Positions 8,236 through 20,032 of a stretch of 64,000 nt of DNA are shown here, piece by piece (positions within the stretch are counted from its first letter, which is position 1; each line of letters begins with the position of its first letter). Below the pieces are notes generated by a model. The model did no database searches. It saw nothing but the letters and a program-made list of their open reading frames with translations, and was not told the DNA's origin. The DNA lies in assembly GCA_963828735.1 (NCBI GenBank), contig CAWHFW010000002.1, forward strand, positions 864,001 through 928,000, in the 5' to 3' direction. This stretch comes from an uncultured Gemmatimonadales bacterium. Its GTDB lineage: Bacteria > Gemmatimonadota > Gemmatimonadetes > Gemmatimonadales > GWC2-71-9. The position numbers and the translations under genes are program-made.

Positions 8236-10869
8236 GTGGACCTGCGGCGAGCCCGCGCGGCCCAGCGCCGGATCGAGCGCGCCGAGGCCCGTGCGGCAGG
8301 GGTCGCGGTGCCGCGGCCCTCGCGGTCGCGCGGCTTCCGCGTCGCCTGCGGCGATCGCGAGCCGCTCGCCTGCGTGCAGGAATGGTTCACGCTGCATGGC
8401 TGGAGCCCGTTCGCGTTTCAGGAGGAGGTCTGGCGCGCCTACCTCGCTCGCGAGAGCGCCCTGGTGCACGCGGCGACGGGCACGGGCAAGACCTACGCGG
8501 CCTGGCTGGGTCCGGTGCTGGAATGGCTGCGCGACTACCCGGCAGGCGGCCGACGCAAGGCGGCTGCGCCTCCGCTTCGCGTCCTGTGGATCACCCCGCT
8601 GCGGGCGCTCGCGGGTGACACGGAATCGGCTCTTCGCGCGCCCATCGAGGACCTGAGTCTCCCCTGGACGGTCGAGACCCGCACCGGCGACACCCCGGCG
8701 CGGATCCGGGCCCGCCAGAGAGATCGACTTCCGACCGCGCTGGTCACCACACCGGAGAGCCTGACGCTGCTCCTCACTCGCGAGGACGCGCACGACCTCT
8801 TCGACCACCTGGAGCTCGTCGTCGTGGACGAGTGGCACGAGCTCCTCGCCTCCAAGCGGGGCGTCCAGACGGAGCTGGCCCTCGCGCGGCTCCGACGTCT
8901 CAAGCCGTCGGTTCGCACCCTCGGCCTTTCGGCGACCCTGGGGAATCTCGATGTCGCCCGTGACGCGTTGCTCGGCCTCGAGGCGGACGGCACACCGCGG
9001 CCCGGGCGTCTCGTGCGGGGCCTCCTCCCGAAGGCGCTCGAGGTCGACGCCCTCATTCCGTCCACGATGGAGCGTTTTCCCTGGTCGGGGCAGATGGGCC
9101 TGCGCATGCTGCCCGAGGTCGTCCGGGCCATCGAGGAGGGAGAGAGCGCGCTGGTGTTCACCAACACCCGCGCGACCGCCGAGATCTGGTATCAGGCCCT
9201 GCTGGCCGCGCGCCCCGACTGGGCGGGGATCATGGCGCTCCACCACGGCTCGATGGATCGCGCCACCCGCGAATGGGTGGAAGACGGCCTCCGCGACGGG
9301 AAGCTGCGATGCGTGGTGTGCACCTCCACGCTGGACCTGGGTGTGGACTTCACGCCCGTGGACCGGGTACTCCAGATCGGAAGCCCCAAGGCCGTCGGCC
9401 GCCTGATCCAACGCGCGGGGCGAAGCGGTCACCAGCCCGGCGCGGTGAGCCGGCTGACCTGCGTCCCCACCAACGCGCTGGAGCTCGTGGACGTCGCTGC
9501 CGCACGGGCGGCGCTGCACGCGGGGCGCATCGAGGCACGCCGCCCGGTCGAGCGCCCGCTCGACCTGCTCGCGCAGCACGCCGTCACCGTCGCCCTGGGC
9601 GGCGGCTTCATCCCGGACGAGCTCTTCGACGAGGTGCGCACGACCAACGCCTTTCGAGACCTGACCCGCCGCGAATGGGCCTGGGTGCTCGACTTCATCA
9701 CCCACGGGGGTGACGCGCTCAGGGCCTACCCCGAATACCGCAAGGTGGTGATCCAGGATGGTCGCTACGTCGTGACGAGCCGGATGGTGGCCATGCGCCA
9801 TCGGCTCTCGATCGGGACGATCGTCAGCGAGAGCGCCATGAAGGTGCAGTTCGTCCGCGGTCGTACGCTCGGCTCCGTGGAAGAGAACTTCATCGCGCGG
9901 CTTCGGCCGGGAGATCATTTCACGTTCGCGGGGCGAACGCTCGAGTTCGTCCGGGTGCGCGGCATGGTGGCGTATGTCCGGAAATCCGCCCGGGCCACGT
10001 CGAACGTTCCGCACTGGTCGGGCGCGCGGATGCCGATCTCGCCCGAGCTCGCGCAGAGTGTCCGTGAACGGCTCGACGAGGCGCGACGCGGCATCTACGA
10101 GGGGCCGGAGATGGAGGCCGTGCGGCCGATCCTGGAGATCCAGGCGGCCTGGTCGCGCCTGCCCGCCCCGGACGAGCTGCTGGTGGAGCGCGCGACCACG
10201 CGCGAGGGTCATCACCTCTTCTTCTACCCGATCGAGGGACGGCTCGTCCACGAGGGTCTCGCGGCGCTGTTCGCCTATCGGATCGCCCAACTGGGCCCGA
10301 TCTCCTTCACGCTCGCGGCGAACGATTACGGGCTGGAGCTCCTCTCGGCCGATCCCGCGCCGATCGAGGAAGCCATCGAGGCCGGACTGTTCTCTCCCGC
10401 GAACCTGCTGCACGACATCCCGGCCAGCCTCAACGCGGCCGAGCTCGCGCGCCGCCAGTTCCGCGAGATCGCGCGCGTGGCGGGACTCATCTTCCAGGGG
10501 TACCCTGGGGTGAACAAGTCGGTGAAACAGGTGCAGGCCTCGAGCGAGCTGCTGTACGACGTCTTCGCCCGGTATGACCCGCAGAACCTGCTGCTCTTCC
10601 AGGCCCACCGGGAGGTGCTGGAGCGGCAGCTCGAGCAAAGCCGCCTCGCGCATGCGCTCGCGCGCGTCACGGCCGGACGGATCACGGTGGTCGACGTTGA
10701 GCGGCCGACGCCGCTCGCGTTCCCGCTGCTGGTGGACCGGGCGCGCGAGCAGGTGAGCTCGGAGAAGCTCGCCGACCGCATTCGCCGCATGGCCGCCCCA
10801 CTGGAGCGCGCCGCCGATGCCGCCCGCTTCGGCCGCGGCCGCAGCCGAGGATTCCGGAGCGGCGGATGA
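8236..10869 (+). CDS. lhr: Ligase-associated DEXH-box helicase (Lhr-Core)
   Basis: TGTGKT, TPLRAL, TTPESL, VVDEWH, SAT, HHGS, STLDLGVD, QRAGRSGH; start uncertain (GTG 8236 chosen). Confidence 0.92.
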   Translation: MDLRRARAAQRRIERAEARAAGVAVPRPSRSRGFRVACGDREPLACVQEWFTLHGWSPFAFQEEVWRAYLARESALVHAATGTGKTYAAWLGPVLEWLRDYPAGGRRKAAAPPLRVLWITPLRALAGDTESALRAPIEDLSLPWTVETRTGDTPARIRARQRDRLPTALVTTPESLTLLLTREDAHDLFDHLELVVVDEWHELLASKRGVQTELALARLRRLKPSVRTLGLSATLGNLDVARDALLGLEADGTPRPGRLVRGLLPKALEVDALIPSTMERFPWSGQMGLRMLPEVVRAIEEGESALVFTNTRATAEIWYQALLAARPDWAGIMALHHGSMDRATREWVEDGLRDGKLRCVVCTSTLDLGVDFTPVDRVLQIGSPKAVGRLIQRAGRSGHQPGAVSRLTCVPTNALELVDVAAARAALHAGRIEARRPVERPLDLLAQHAVTVALGGGFIPDELFDEVRTTNAFRDLTRREWAWVLDFITHGGDALRAYPEYRKVVIQDGRYVVTSRMVAMRHRLSIGTIVSESAMKVQFVRGRTLGSVEENFIARLRPGDHFTFAGRTLEFVRVRGMVAYVRKSARATSNVPHWSGARMPISPELAQSVRERLDEARRGIYEGPEMEAVRPILEIQAAWSRLPAPDELLVERATTREGHHLFFYPIEGRLVHEGLAALFAYRIAQLGPISFTLAANDYGLELLSADPAPIEEAIEAGLFSPANLLHDIPASLNAAELARRQFREIARVAGLIFQGYPGVNKSVKQVQASSELLYDVFARYDPQNLLLFQAHREVLERQLEQSRLAHALARVTAGRITVVDVERPTPLAFPLLVDRAREQVSSEKLADRIRRMAAPLERAADAARFGRGRSRGFRSGG

Positions 10870-11534
10870 CCGACGTGGAGATCCCTTTCGCGGGGGAGCG
10901 CCTCGTGCTCCTCCCCGAGAGAGCGCTGTTCTGGCCCCGCACCGCGACGCTGGTGGCGGCGGATTTCCACTGGGGCAAAGGGGCCACGTTTCGCGCCGCG
11001 GGTATTCCGATCCCCGTCGGCGCGACGAGCGATGATCTCTCCCGCCTCGACGAGGCCCTCCATCGAACGGCCGCCGACCGCCTGATCGTCCTGGGCGACA
11101 TGTTCCATGCCCGCGCCGGACGAATCGCCTCCCAGACCCTGGCCGAGCTCCGGCGCTGGCGTACCCTGCATGCCGACCTCGAGATCATGCTGGTGCGTGG
11201 AAACCACGATCGGCATGCCGGCGATCCGCCCGACGATCTCCGCGTGAACGGGGTGAATGCGCCGGCCTACGTGCCCCCGTTCGTTCTTCGCCATGAGCCG
11301 GCCGCGTCCGCCGACGGCTACGCCATCGCTGGGCACGTCCACCCCGGCCTGGTCCTCTGCGGACCGGCGCTCCGTCACGAGCGCCTGCCCTGCTTCCTGG
11401 TTGGACCGCGTGAAATGCTGCTGCCCGCGTTCGGCAGCTTCACCGGCATGGGGATGGTGGACCCGGGCCCCGCGGATCGGGCGTTCGTGGTCGCCGATGG
11501 GGAGGTGATCGAGGTGACGCCGCTCGAGCGCTGA
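10866..11534 (+). CDS. pdeM: Ligase-associated metallophosphoesterase/endonuclease
   Basis: ADFHWGK, LGDMFH, GNHD, HEP, GHVHP, LPAFGSFTG; ATGA overlap with lhr. Confidence 0.9.
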   Translation: MTDVEIPFAGERLVLLPERALFWPRTATLVAADFHWGKGATFRAAGIPIPVGATSDDLSRLDEALHRTAADRLIVLGDMFHARAGRIASQTLAELRRWRTLHADLEIMLVRGNHDRHAGDPPDDLRVNGVNAPAYVPPFVLRHEPAASADGYAIAGHVHPGLVLCGPALRHERLPCFLVGPREMLLPAFGSFTGMGMVDPGPADRAFVVADGEVIEVTPLER

Positions 11535-12166
11535 GCCCCCGTGGATCGTGGCTGCCGCACCGCGCGGACACTGGCGATCGCCCGGGCGAGACGCTACCAT
11601 CTGCCTCATACCGCGCCGAACTGCTTGCACCTTGAGGAGACCGGTCATGATGGATCAGCGGGTCCGCACGGAACGCCTCGATCTCGCGCCACTCACCCTC
11701 GACGAGGTAGAGGCCCTCCTCGCTGGGGACGGCACTCGGCTGCGAGAGCTGACGGGGGTGATCTTCCCTCGCCCGGTCGCCCCTCCTCCCTACATGACGG
11801 ATCCCTTGCCGGCCGTGCGCGAGCGCCTCCGCGGCCAACCGGAGGAAGCACCGTGGTGGAACTGGCTCATGTTCGAGCGGGAGACGAAGCGGGCGGTCGG
11901 CTCGGTGGCGTTCGGCGGTCCGCCCGACGAGGCCGGCGGCGTCCTCATCGGCTACGCGATGTACGCGCAGTTCGAGGGGCATGGCTATGCGACCGAGGCC
12001 GTCCGGGCTATGGTCGAGTGGGCCTTCAGGCAACCGGGCGTGCGGCAGGTGCGCACGCTGGCGCCGGTGTGGAATACGCCGGCGCTGCGCGTGGCGGAGA
12101 ACGTCGGGATGCGTCCTGTGGCCGCCGACGAGGACGACGACGTGGGCGAGGTGCTGGTCTACGCCG

Positions 12167-13714
<1,548 letters not shown>

Positions 13715-13751
13715 AGGGTGATCCTTTGTTGGTCGACGATCGTACGAGCTG

Positions 13752-14798
13752 TTACGACTTCGCGCGCGCGGCTCGCTTGTGGAGAATGTCCTCAAGCACC
13801 ACCCGGTCGATCTTCCCGTCCATCCGCACGCGCACGTCGTAGTTCTCCCAGTACATGAAGTTCTTGAGCGCCTCGAGGAAGGTCGGCGTCGCCGAGCCCT
13901 GGGGCTTGGCCAGCCACTTCTGTGGTTGATTGGCCGGCTCGCTCAGCAGGATCGGCTCCAGCTGCGCGACGACCGCCGGCGTGATCGGGACCAGATCGCG
14001 GGTCTCGCTCGGGAAGAAATGCAGCTTGTGCAAGGCGAGCAGCCGCTCCAGCTCGGCGATCGGGTCCTTGGCGTCGTAGACCCGTATGTCGATGAACCGG
14101 TCGTTGGCGCCCAGGTAGCCGCCGTGCTTGCGGACCACGAGGAGGGCGGCACTCTGCATGCCGCGCTTGTCGCCCCCGCCGGCCTGGCCGGCCTTCAGCG
14201 CGGCCATCAGGCGATCCGCCAGGCTCCCAGTGCTGCGCTCGAAGGTCTCGGCCAGATTCTTCACCGTCTGGTCCGACACCATGATGTTGGCCTGCGCGGA
14301 GAAGCCGTGGCCGACGATCACCTCGCCCTTTCCGCCGGGAACGTTCCCGCGGCCGGAGGGTGCACCGACCCGTCCACCGGCCCAGTCGAAGGTGGTCTTC
14401 CCCGTGAAGCTCGCGGCGTCGCCCCGGGCGTCCACCATGCCGACCTGCCGGTCCTGCAGCATCGTATCGGTCCGCATGACGATGCGCAGCGCCTCTTCCG
14501 CCGTCGCGCCTTCGGCGATGAGGTCGAGGCCGCGCTCGCCGTAGGCGGTGTTGCCGAGGCTCTGCGTCGCCACGGCCCCGACGCCCGCCCGCGCCCACGG
14601 CACGATGCCCCCGACGTTCGGGAACTTGGACTGGACCGCCACGCCAAGATCACCCGTGGCGGAATCCCAGGCCACGATGCTGTAGGTGTGCGCCAGCTTG
14701 GCGAAGAGCGCGGGGGCGGTGACGGGCTGCTGCTGGGCAAGGACGGGAACGGCGGGTATGGCCAGCCACAGCGTGACGGCCACGGAGCATCGATTCAC
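13752..14798 (-). CDS. Secreted DUF1028 (Ntn-hydrolase-like) protein
   Basis: Signal peptide, then HTYSIVA, GVAVQS, GAVATQ, RQVGMVD, GGDKRGMQSAALLV; GTGA overlap with the upstream gene. Confidence 0.85.
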   Translation of the reverse strand: MNRCSVAVTLWLAIPAVPVLAQQQPVTAPALFAKLAHTYSIVAWDSATGDLGVAVQSKFPNVGGIVPWARAGVGAVATQSLGNTAYGERGLDLIAEGATAEEALRIVMRTDTMLQDRQVGMVDARGDAASFTGKTTFDWAGGRVGAPSGRGNVPGGKGEVIVGHGFSAQANIMVSDQTVKNLAETFERSTGSLADRLMAALKAGQAGGGDKRGMQSAALLVVRKHGGYLGANDRFIDIRVYDAKDPIAELERLLALHKLHFFPSETRDLVPITPAVVAQLEPILLSEPANQPQKWLAKPQGSATPTFLEALKNFMYWENYDVRVRMDGKIDRVVLEDILHKRAARAKS

Positions 14799-15340
14799 TG
14801 TTTGCCCAGCTTCCGCTTGAGGAAGGCGAGCTGCGCCTCGATCGCGCTCTCTCGACGGTGACGTTCGGCCTCCGCCTCCATCCGCGCCGCGTCGTCGGGG
14901 CGCGCGGCGCCGGCGGACTCGAGGTCCCGCCACGCCGCGGCAATCGTCTCCGAGGGATGCCCGGCCGTCGCGCGCCTCGCCTCGCTGGTCATCTCGGCGA
15001 GCTCGCGCTCCGCCAGGGCCAGCTCCTCACGTTGGACCACCAGCTTGCGCTCGAGCACGCCGACCCGTTCGCGGTGGCGCGTGGCGTACCGATCGGCCAC
15101 CTGCACGGTTTCCGCGTCGGGCACCATCGCGGCCAGCTTGCCCCGGCGCTCCGCATCCTCGAGCTGCTGGCGCTCCGCGACGAGCTCCCGCTCGGTCGCG
15201 GCCAAGGCGTCGCGCATCGTGGTCACGCCGAGGCGCGCCTCGAGGACCGCCTCCTTGAGGCCGGCCGCATAGGCTCGCACGTCGCTCCGCGAGCCGTCGC
15301 GCAGCAGTTGGTCCAGTCGCGCCTTCAGACCTTCGAGCAC
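14795..15340 (-). CDS. Coiled-coil hypothetical protein (PspA/IM30-like character)
   Basis: Long Glu/Arg/Ala helical sequence ending IEAQLAFLKRKLGKQ; start uncertain (GTG 15340, GAGGT upstream). Confidence 0.65.
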   Translation of the reverse strand: MLEGLKARLDQLLRDGSRSDVRAYAAGLKEAVLEARLGVTTMRDALAATERELVAERQQLEDAERRGKLAAMVPDAETVQVADRYATRHRERVGVLERKLVVQREELALAERELAEMTSEARRATAGHPSETIAAAWRDLESAGAARPDDAARMEAEAERHRRESAIEAQLAFLKRKLGKQ

Positions 15341-15540
15341 GGCCGCGGAAACCTCGTCTCGCTGGGCGGTGGTGGCCCGTTCGCCGGAGGCGCGGGCCGG
15401 CCGCTGGAGGGCGGCCAAGCAGTTGGGAGATCGAATGGTAGGAGCCTCGGCGAGGGCCGTCAAGCGAGCGGGGCTTTCCGCCCGCCACGGGCGGCGGTAG
15501 CGTATCCTAAGACGACCGAAACCGCACGCCGAGGAGCGCG

Positions 15541-16017
15541 ATGTCCACCGAATACTGCAGTGTCTGCGAGGAGCTGGCCGGCCACATCCAGGCCCCGGGT
15601 GGCGTGGTCTACCGCGATGCCTGGTGGGAAGTCGCCCACCACACCGGAGCGTGGACCGATCCGGGCGAGCTGATCGTGAAGGCCCGCCGGCACGTCGCGT
15701 CCATGTCCGCGCTCACGTCGGCGGAGGCGGCCAGCCTTGGCCCAGTTCTTTCGGCGGCCGTCGGCGCGATCGAGCGCGTGGTGCGGCCCGAGCGCGTCTA
15801 TGTCGCGTCCTACAACGAGCGCGTGCGGCACGTGCACTTTTTCCTCCTCCCTCGCACCGCGAGCCTCCCTGCCGGCCACGTCCTGTCCGATGTCTACCGT
15901 CGCGCCCGAAGTCAGCTCCGAAAATGGCGGATCGTGTCCAACCCCACGACGGCGGCCCGGGCGGAGGCGGCGGCGCGAATCCGGAGCGACGACGCGTGGA
16001 AGCCGTTGAGCACCTGA
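15541..16017 (+). CDS. HIT family protein (variant motif)
   Basis: CSVC, PGELIV..RRHV, RHVHFFLLPR; GAGGAG RBS. Confidence 0.78.
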   Translation: MSTEYCSVCEELAGHIQAPGGVVYRDAWWEVAHHTGAWTDPGELIVKARRHVASMSALTSAEAASLGPVLSAAVGAIERVVRPERVYVASYNERVRHVHFFLLPRTASLPAGHVLSDVYRRARSQLRKWRIVSNPTTAARAEAAARIRSDDAWKPLST

Positions 16018-17036
16018 TCGTCGGTGCCGGTCCGGCCGGACTTCGTGCCGCCCAGGTCCTCGCGGACGCGGGCCGCGAGGTGCTGGTGCTGGAAAAGCAT
16101 CCGGAGATCGGACCGAAGACGTGCGCGGGCGGCCTCACCGCCAAGGCCATGCGCGAGCTCGAGCAGCTCGGCCTGTCGCGGGACCTGACGCTCCGCCGCG
16201 TGGGGCACATCGGCTTCGCGGGTCGACCGCCCGTGGCGCTCGAGGTGGACGCGGCCGTGGTGCACACGATCGGCCGGACGGAGCTCGGACGCCTCCAGCT
16301 CGGGTGGGCGCGCGCAGCAGGCGCGGAGGTCCGACCCGGCGCGCCCGCCACTGCCCTCGATCTCAAGGGCCGCACGGTCGCTGCCGGCGGCCGAGCCATT
16401 CGGTGGCGCCATCTGATCGGCGCCGACGGGGCGGACTCCTCCGTCCGCCGGGCGCTCGGCCTGTCCGCCCCGCGCGAGTACTTCGCGGCCGAGTACAACG
16501 TCCCCGGGCTCCACCTCGAGCCGCTGCGGATCGAGTGCGATCCGGGCCCACTGGCGAACGGCTACTTCTGGGTCTTCCCGCACAAGACCTATGTCTCCCT
16601 CGGCGCCGTGGCCCCCAAACATCTGGTCGCCCCGGCCGTGCTGCGCCGATACCTCGACGCGCGACTGGACCGGTTGGGTGTACCTCGGGCGGAAGCTCCA
16701 TTCGAGGGCGCGACGATCGAGGTGGAGTACCGCGGCAGCCATTTTCCCGGTGACGTGCATCTGGTGGGCGACGCGGCCGGCGTCGCCTCGTCATTGACCG
16801 CGGAAGGCATCTATGCGGCGATCGTCACCGGCGAGGAGGTCGCCCGACGCGTGCTCGATCCCGGCGCACCATCGCCCAAGACCGAGCGATGGCTGCGGAC
16901 CAAGCGGCGTCATGACCGATTGGCCCGCTGGCTCGCCCGGCCGGGACCGCGCACCTGGACGTTCGGCGCCCTCGCGCGGCTCGCCGCCAGCCCGGCCACC
17001 CGCGGACCGCTCACCCGGTGGTGCCTGAACCCATGA
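15996..17036 (+). CDS. Geranylgeranyl-reductase-family flavin oxidoreductase
   Basis: IVGAGPAG, KTCAGGL, IGADGADS, GYFWVFP, LVGDAAG...TAEGI. Confidence 0.82.
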   Translation: MEAVEHLIVGAGPAGLRAAQVLADAGREVLVLEKHPEIGPKTCAGGLTAKAMRELEQLGLSRDLTLRRVGHIGFAGRPPVALEVDAAVVHTIGRTELGRLQLGWARAAGAEVRPGAPATALDLKGRTVAAGGRAIRWRHLIGADGADSSVRRALGLSAPREYFAAEYNVPGLHLEPLRIECDPGPLANGYFWVFPHKTYVSLGAVAPKHLVAPAVLRRYLDARLDRLGVPRAEAPFEGATIEVEYRGSHFPGDVHLVGDAAGVASSLTAEGIYAAIVTGEEVARRVLDPGAPSPKTERWLRTKRRHDRLARWLARPGPRTWTFGALARLAASPATRGPLTRWCLNP

Positions 17037-17662
17037 TCGACTTGCGAGCCCGATTCATCTCTCTGCTCGACCGGATGGGGGCGTCCCATGATTCTGGTCC
17101 CCTGGCCGACGCGCTGCTCTCCGCCTGGGCGGAACCGTCCCGCGCCTACCACGGTCGCCGACATCTCGAGGATTGCCTGGACCTGCTCGACGGCACCGCG
17201 GTGGACGCGCGCACGCGCGACCTGGTCGAGCTCGCCCTCTGGTTTCATGACGCCGTCTACGACTCGCGGGCGACGGACAACGAGGCGCGCAGCGCGCGCT
17301 GGGCGGTGGACGCGCTTCCATCCCTCGGCCTCGATGCGGCGACCGTCGACCGGATCGAGCGCCTCGTGCTCCTCACCCGCGACCATGCGGCCACGGATGA
17401 CGAGACCGGCCGGCTCGTGTGCGACATCGACCTCGCCGTTCTGGGCCGACCGCCCGATCAGTTCGACTCGTATCAGCACGGCATCCGCGCGGAGTACGCA
17501 TGGGTGCCGGACGAAGCCTACCGTGAGGGGCGCGCACGGCTCCTGGCCGAGCTGCTGCGTCGTGAATCGCTGTTTCAGACCGACAGTTTCAGGGACCGTT
17601 TCGGCTCGACCGCCCGTGCCAACCTTCGGCGCGCCCTGGACGGGCTGGCCGCGAAAGGGTGA
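17033..17662 (+). CDS. Predicted HD-superfamily metal-dependent phosphohydrolase
   Basis: RAYH...HL, LWFHDAVYD, DNEARSA, DIDLAVLG, IRAEY, AR.NL. Confidence 0.82.
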   Translation: MIDLRARFISLLDRMGASHDSGPLADALLSAWAEPSRAYHGRRHLEDCLDLLDGTAVDARTRDLVELALWFHDAVYDSRATDNEARSARWAVDALPSLGLDAATVDRIERLVLLTRDHAATDDETGRLVCDIDLAVLGRPPDQFDSYQHGIRAEYAWVPDEAYREGRARLLAELLRRESLFQTDSFRDRFGSTARANLRRALDGLAAKG

Positions 17663-17775
17663 TGTGGCTCACCTTTTCCCCCGGGTGAGCGACGTAGGTT
17701 CGCGGGTCGGTGCGGCGACCGGGGGAGCAAACAATCATCGGTGGTGCCGACGCGGTACCACCCAAGCGAGGAATT

Positions 17776-17967
17776 ATGAGATACTCATCCACTTTTCTGC
17801 TGGCGAGCCTCACGGCTCTGGCGCTCGCGGCCTGCGGCCCGAAGCGCAGCGACACGACCACCGGGGGTGCGGAAACCGGCGCGACCGGTGCCGCGACCGA
17901 TACCACGTCTCACACGGGGACGATGAGCGACACCACTCACGCGCCGACCGATTCGACCGCGAAATAG
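17776..17967 (+). CDS. Small Thr/Asp-rich lipoprotein
   Basis: GAGGA RBS, lipobox LAAC, 63 aa of low complexity, followed by a terminator. Confidence 0.7.
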   Translation: MRYSSTFLLASLTALALAACGPKRSDTTTGGAETGATGAATDTTSHTGTMSDTTHAPTDSTAK

Positions 17968-17993
17968 TCGCGCTCCGAGTCGGAAACCGTGAG

Positions 17994-18024
17994 CGGGGCG
18001 TGACTTTCGTGTCACGCCCCGTTT
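17994..18024 (+). terminator. Intrinsic terminator
   Basis: CGGGGCGTGAC-tttcgt-GTCACGCCCCG, then TTT. Confidence 0.7.
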
Positions 18025-18066
18025 CGCGCGTCTCCGCTGTCGAATTCTTGGATTATCTTGAAGGCG

Positions 18067-18552
18067 ATGCGAATCCGGCACGTCCTCCCGATGCTCGTGG
18101 CGCTCACCGGCTGCAGCCAACCGGCTGATCGTGGTCGAGCTACCTGCGGGCTCGCGGCCCTGGCAGGCCCCACCGCTCTGCTCACCCAGTTCAGTGTTCC
18201 GCGCCAGACGCTGGGCGCGCCGCCTCGACACCTTCCGGAACGGTTGGTGACTCGGGTGGTCGCTGGCCCCGCGCTGCCCTCGATCGTCGGGCGCACCGAC
18301 TCGTTGCTGGTGATCGGCGTCGAGGGCGTGGTGCCGCCGGCGGTCAAGCCCGGCTATGGCGTGCTCGTGCTCGACACTACCGCCCGGGCCCGTGGCGTCA
18401 TGCTCTATGAGGGGACGTCGGTCGAAGGCGCGCCGCAGATCGGGACCGTGACCGTTGGCGCGGCCACCATCCCGCTCATCGGCATTGAGCTCGACCCCGC
18501 CCGCATCGAGGATCCTCACTGTCCGTTCTTCCCCGATTCGGTGCTGCCGTGA
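18067..18552 (+). CDS. Hypothetical lipoprotein
   Basis: MRIRHVLPMLVALTGC lipobox; two further Cys near the ends (possible disulfide); GTGA overlap with the next gene. Confidence 0.7.
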   Translation: MRIRHVLPMLVALTGCSQPADRGRATCGLAALAGPTALLTQFSVPRQTLGAPPRHLPERLVTRVVAGPALPSIVGRTDSLLVIGVEGVVPPAVKPGYGVLVLDTTARARGVMLYEGTSVEGAPQIGTVTVGAATIPLIGIELDPARIEDPHCPFFPDSVLP

Positions 18553-19295
18553 GCGCGCCGCGCATCGGCGTGAGCGGGGTCGTGCGGAACTGGGATGGCG
18601 CCGAGCGCACAGGCGTCAACGCGGCCTACGTGCGTTCGGTACTCGCCGCGGGCGGCGTACCGGTGATCCTCTCGCCCCTGCTCGGCCCCTCGTTCGCCGC
18701 GCGCGCGCTCGACGGCCTGGACGGTCTGCTGCTCTCCGGCGGCGAGGACATCCATCCGGCGTGGTATGGAGCGGCGGCGTCGCCCCACCTCTCTCCGCCG
18801 AGCCGCGAGCGCGACCTCTTCGAGCTCGCCGTCTTCGCCACCGCGCGCCAGCGCGAGCTCCCCATCCTGGGCATCTGCCGCGGCATTCAGCTCGTCAACG
18901 TGGCGCTCGGCGGCACGCTCTTCCAGGACCTGCCGTCGGAGCGGCCCGCATCGCTCGCACACGATCCGGGCACGGTCCGCGACGCGCGCACGCATGCAGT
19001 GCGACTCGAGGAAGGCAGCCGGGCGGCCCTCGCCCTCGGCGCCGCGACGCTCACCGTCAACTCCTTCCATCATCAGGCAGTCGACCGCCTGGCAGGCGGC
19101 TTGGTGGCCACGGGATGGAGCGAGGATGGGCTGATCGAGGCGGCCGAGTCGCCGGCGGAGGCGCCCTGGCTGCTCGCGGTGCAGTGGCACCCGGAGGAAA
19201 TGCATGGAGATGTGAAGGCGCCCGAGCGGGGCCTGTTTCGCGCCCTGGTGGAAGCCGCCGAAGACCCGGCCGCCGTCACGAGCCGCCGCCTGTGA
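18549..19295 (+). CDS. Gamma-glutamyl-gamma-aminobutyrate hydrolase family (peptidase C26, PuuD-like glutamine amidotransferase)
   Basis: LSGGEDI, GICRGIQ nucleophile, VNSFHHQAV, VQWHPE. Confidence 0.9.
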   Translation: MSAPRIGVSGVVRNWDGAERTGVNAAYVRSVLAAGGVPVILSPLLGPSFAARALDGLDGLLLSGGEDIHPAWYGAAASPHLSPPSRERDLFELAVFATARQRELPILGICRGIQLVNVALGGTLFQDLPSERPASLAHDPGTVRDARTHAVRLEEGSRAALALGAATLTVNSFHHQAVDRLAGGLVATGWSEDGLIEAAESPAEAPWLLAVQWHPEEMHGDVKAPERGLFRALVEAAEDPAAVTSRRL

Positions 19296-19321
19296 CCGGG
19301 CTGCTCGCGGCCGGCCCGCGA

Positions 19322-20032
19322 CTAGTGCGCGCCGAGCTCGCGCAGGACGCGATCCGGCGTCTGCAGATTGGGGAACAGCAGCCGGTCGCTCACGCCGTTG
19401 AGCGCCCCGCGAAGCGAGGGAAACCGCTCGGCGGCCGTGCGGAGCACTGCCACCAGCCCGTACTCGCTGGCCAGCGCATGATCCGACGCCATGCCGAAGC
19501 CGCGTCGGCCGAGCGTGTCGTAGTACGTCATGTCGGGCCCCGCTTTGCGGAGGTGTCGGGCCGCGATATAATCGGGAAAGAGTCCGGCGAGCCAGAGCGC
19601 GTAATTGCCGAGATGCACCATGACGCGGAAGCGCCGCTCGCCGCCACTCGCCTCCAGGTCCGCCACGATGTCCACCAGGTAGCGATGCTGGTGGTCGTCA
19701 TGCCAGTCGATGCGCCACGCGCGATCGCGCTGACCGAAATCGAGGAGCAGCGCCGTGAGGTAGTCGGCCAGCTCGCGATCATCCACGCCGGCCTTCCGGA
19801 GGGCATGGCGCACCACGACATAGAAGAACAAGGCCTCCGAAGGGACGAGCATCGTCCGGACCGTGAGGAGCCTCTCCAGCAGATCGGGCGCATCCAACAA
19901 CGGATCTGGCCCTTCCGTCGTGAGGCGCCGCTCGAGATAGGCGCGCCGGTGCGCAGAGCCGCGGCTCAGTAGCAGGATCACCAGCTGCAGGTCCGCCGCG
20001 GTCAGACGGCCCCGCGTATTCGCCCGGATCAT
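19322..20032 (-). CDS. Hypothetical protein
   Basis: Strong GGAAGGAGGAG RBS; globular-looking sequence (FYVVVR, LADY, HLGNYALWLAGLFPD, YY...GR). Confidence 0.75.
   Translation of the reverse strand: MIRANTRGRLTAADLQLVILLLSRGSAHRRAYLERRLTTEGPDPLLDAPDLLERLLTVRTMLVPSEALFFYVVVRHALRKAGVDDRELADYLTALLLDFGQRDRAWRIDWHDDHQHRYLVDIVADLEASGGERRFRVMVHLGNYALWLAGLFPDYIAARHLRKAGPDMTYYDTLGRRGFGMASDHALASEYGLVAVLRTAAERFPSLRGALNGVSDRLLFPNLQTPDRVLRELGAH

Noticed and set aside
8029..10653. 874-aa minus-strand ORF, and many similar Arg/Pro/Ala-rich ORFs in the track
   Set aside because: They overlap well-supported genes in other frames and have non-protein-like composition.
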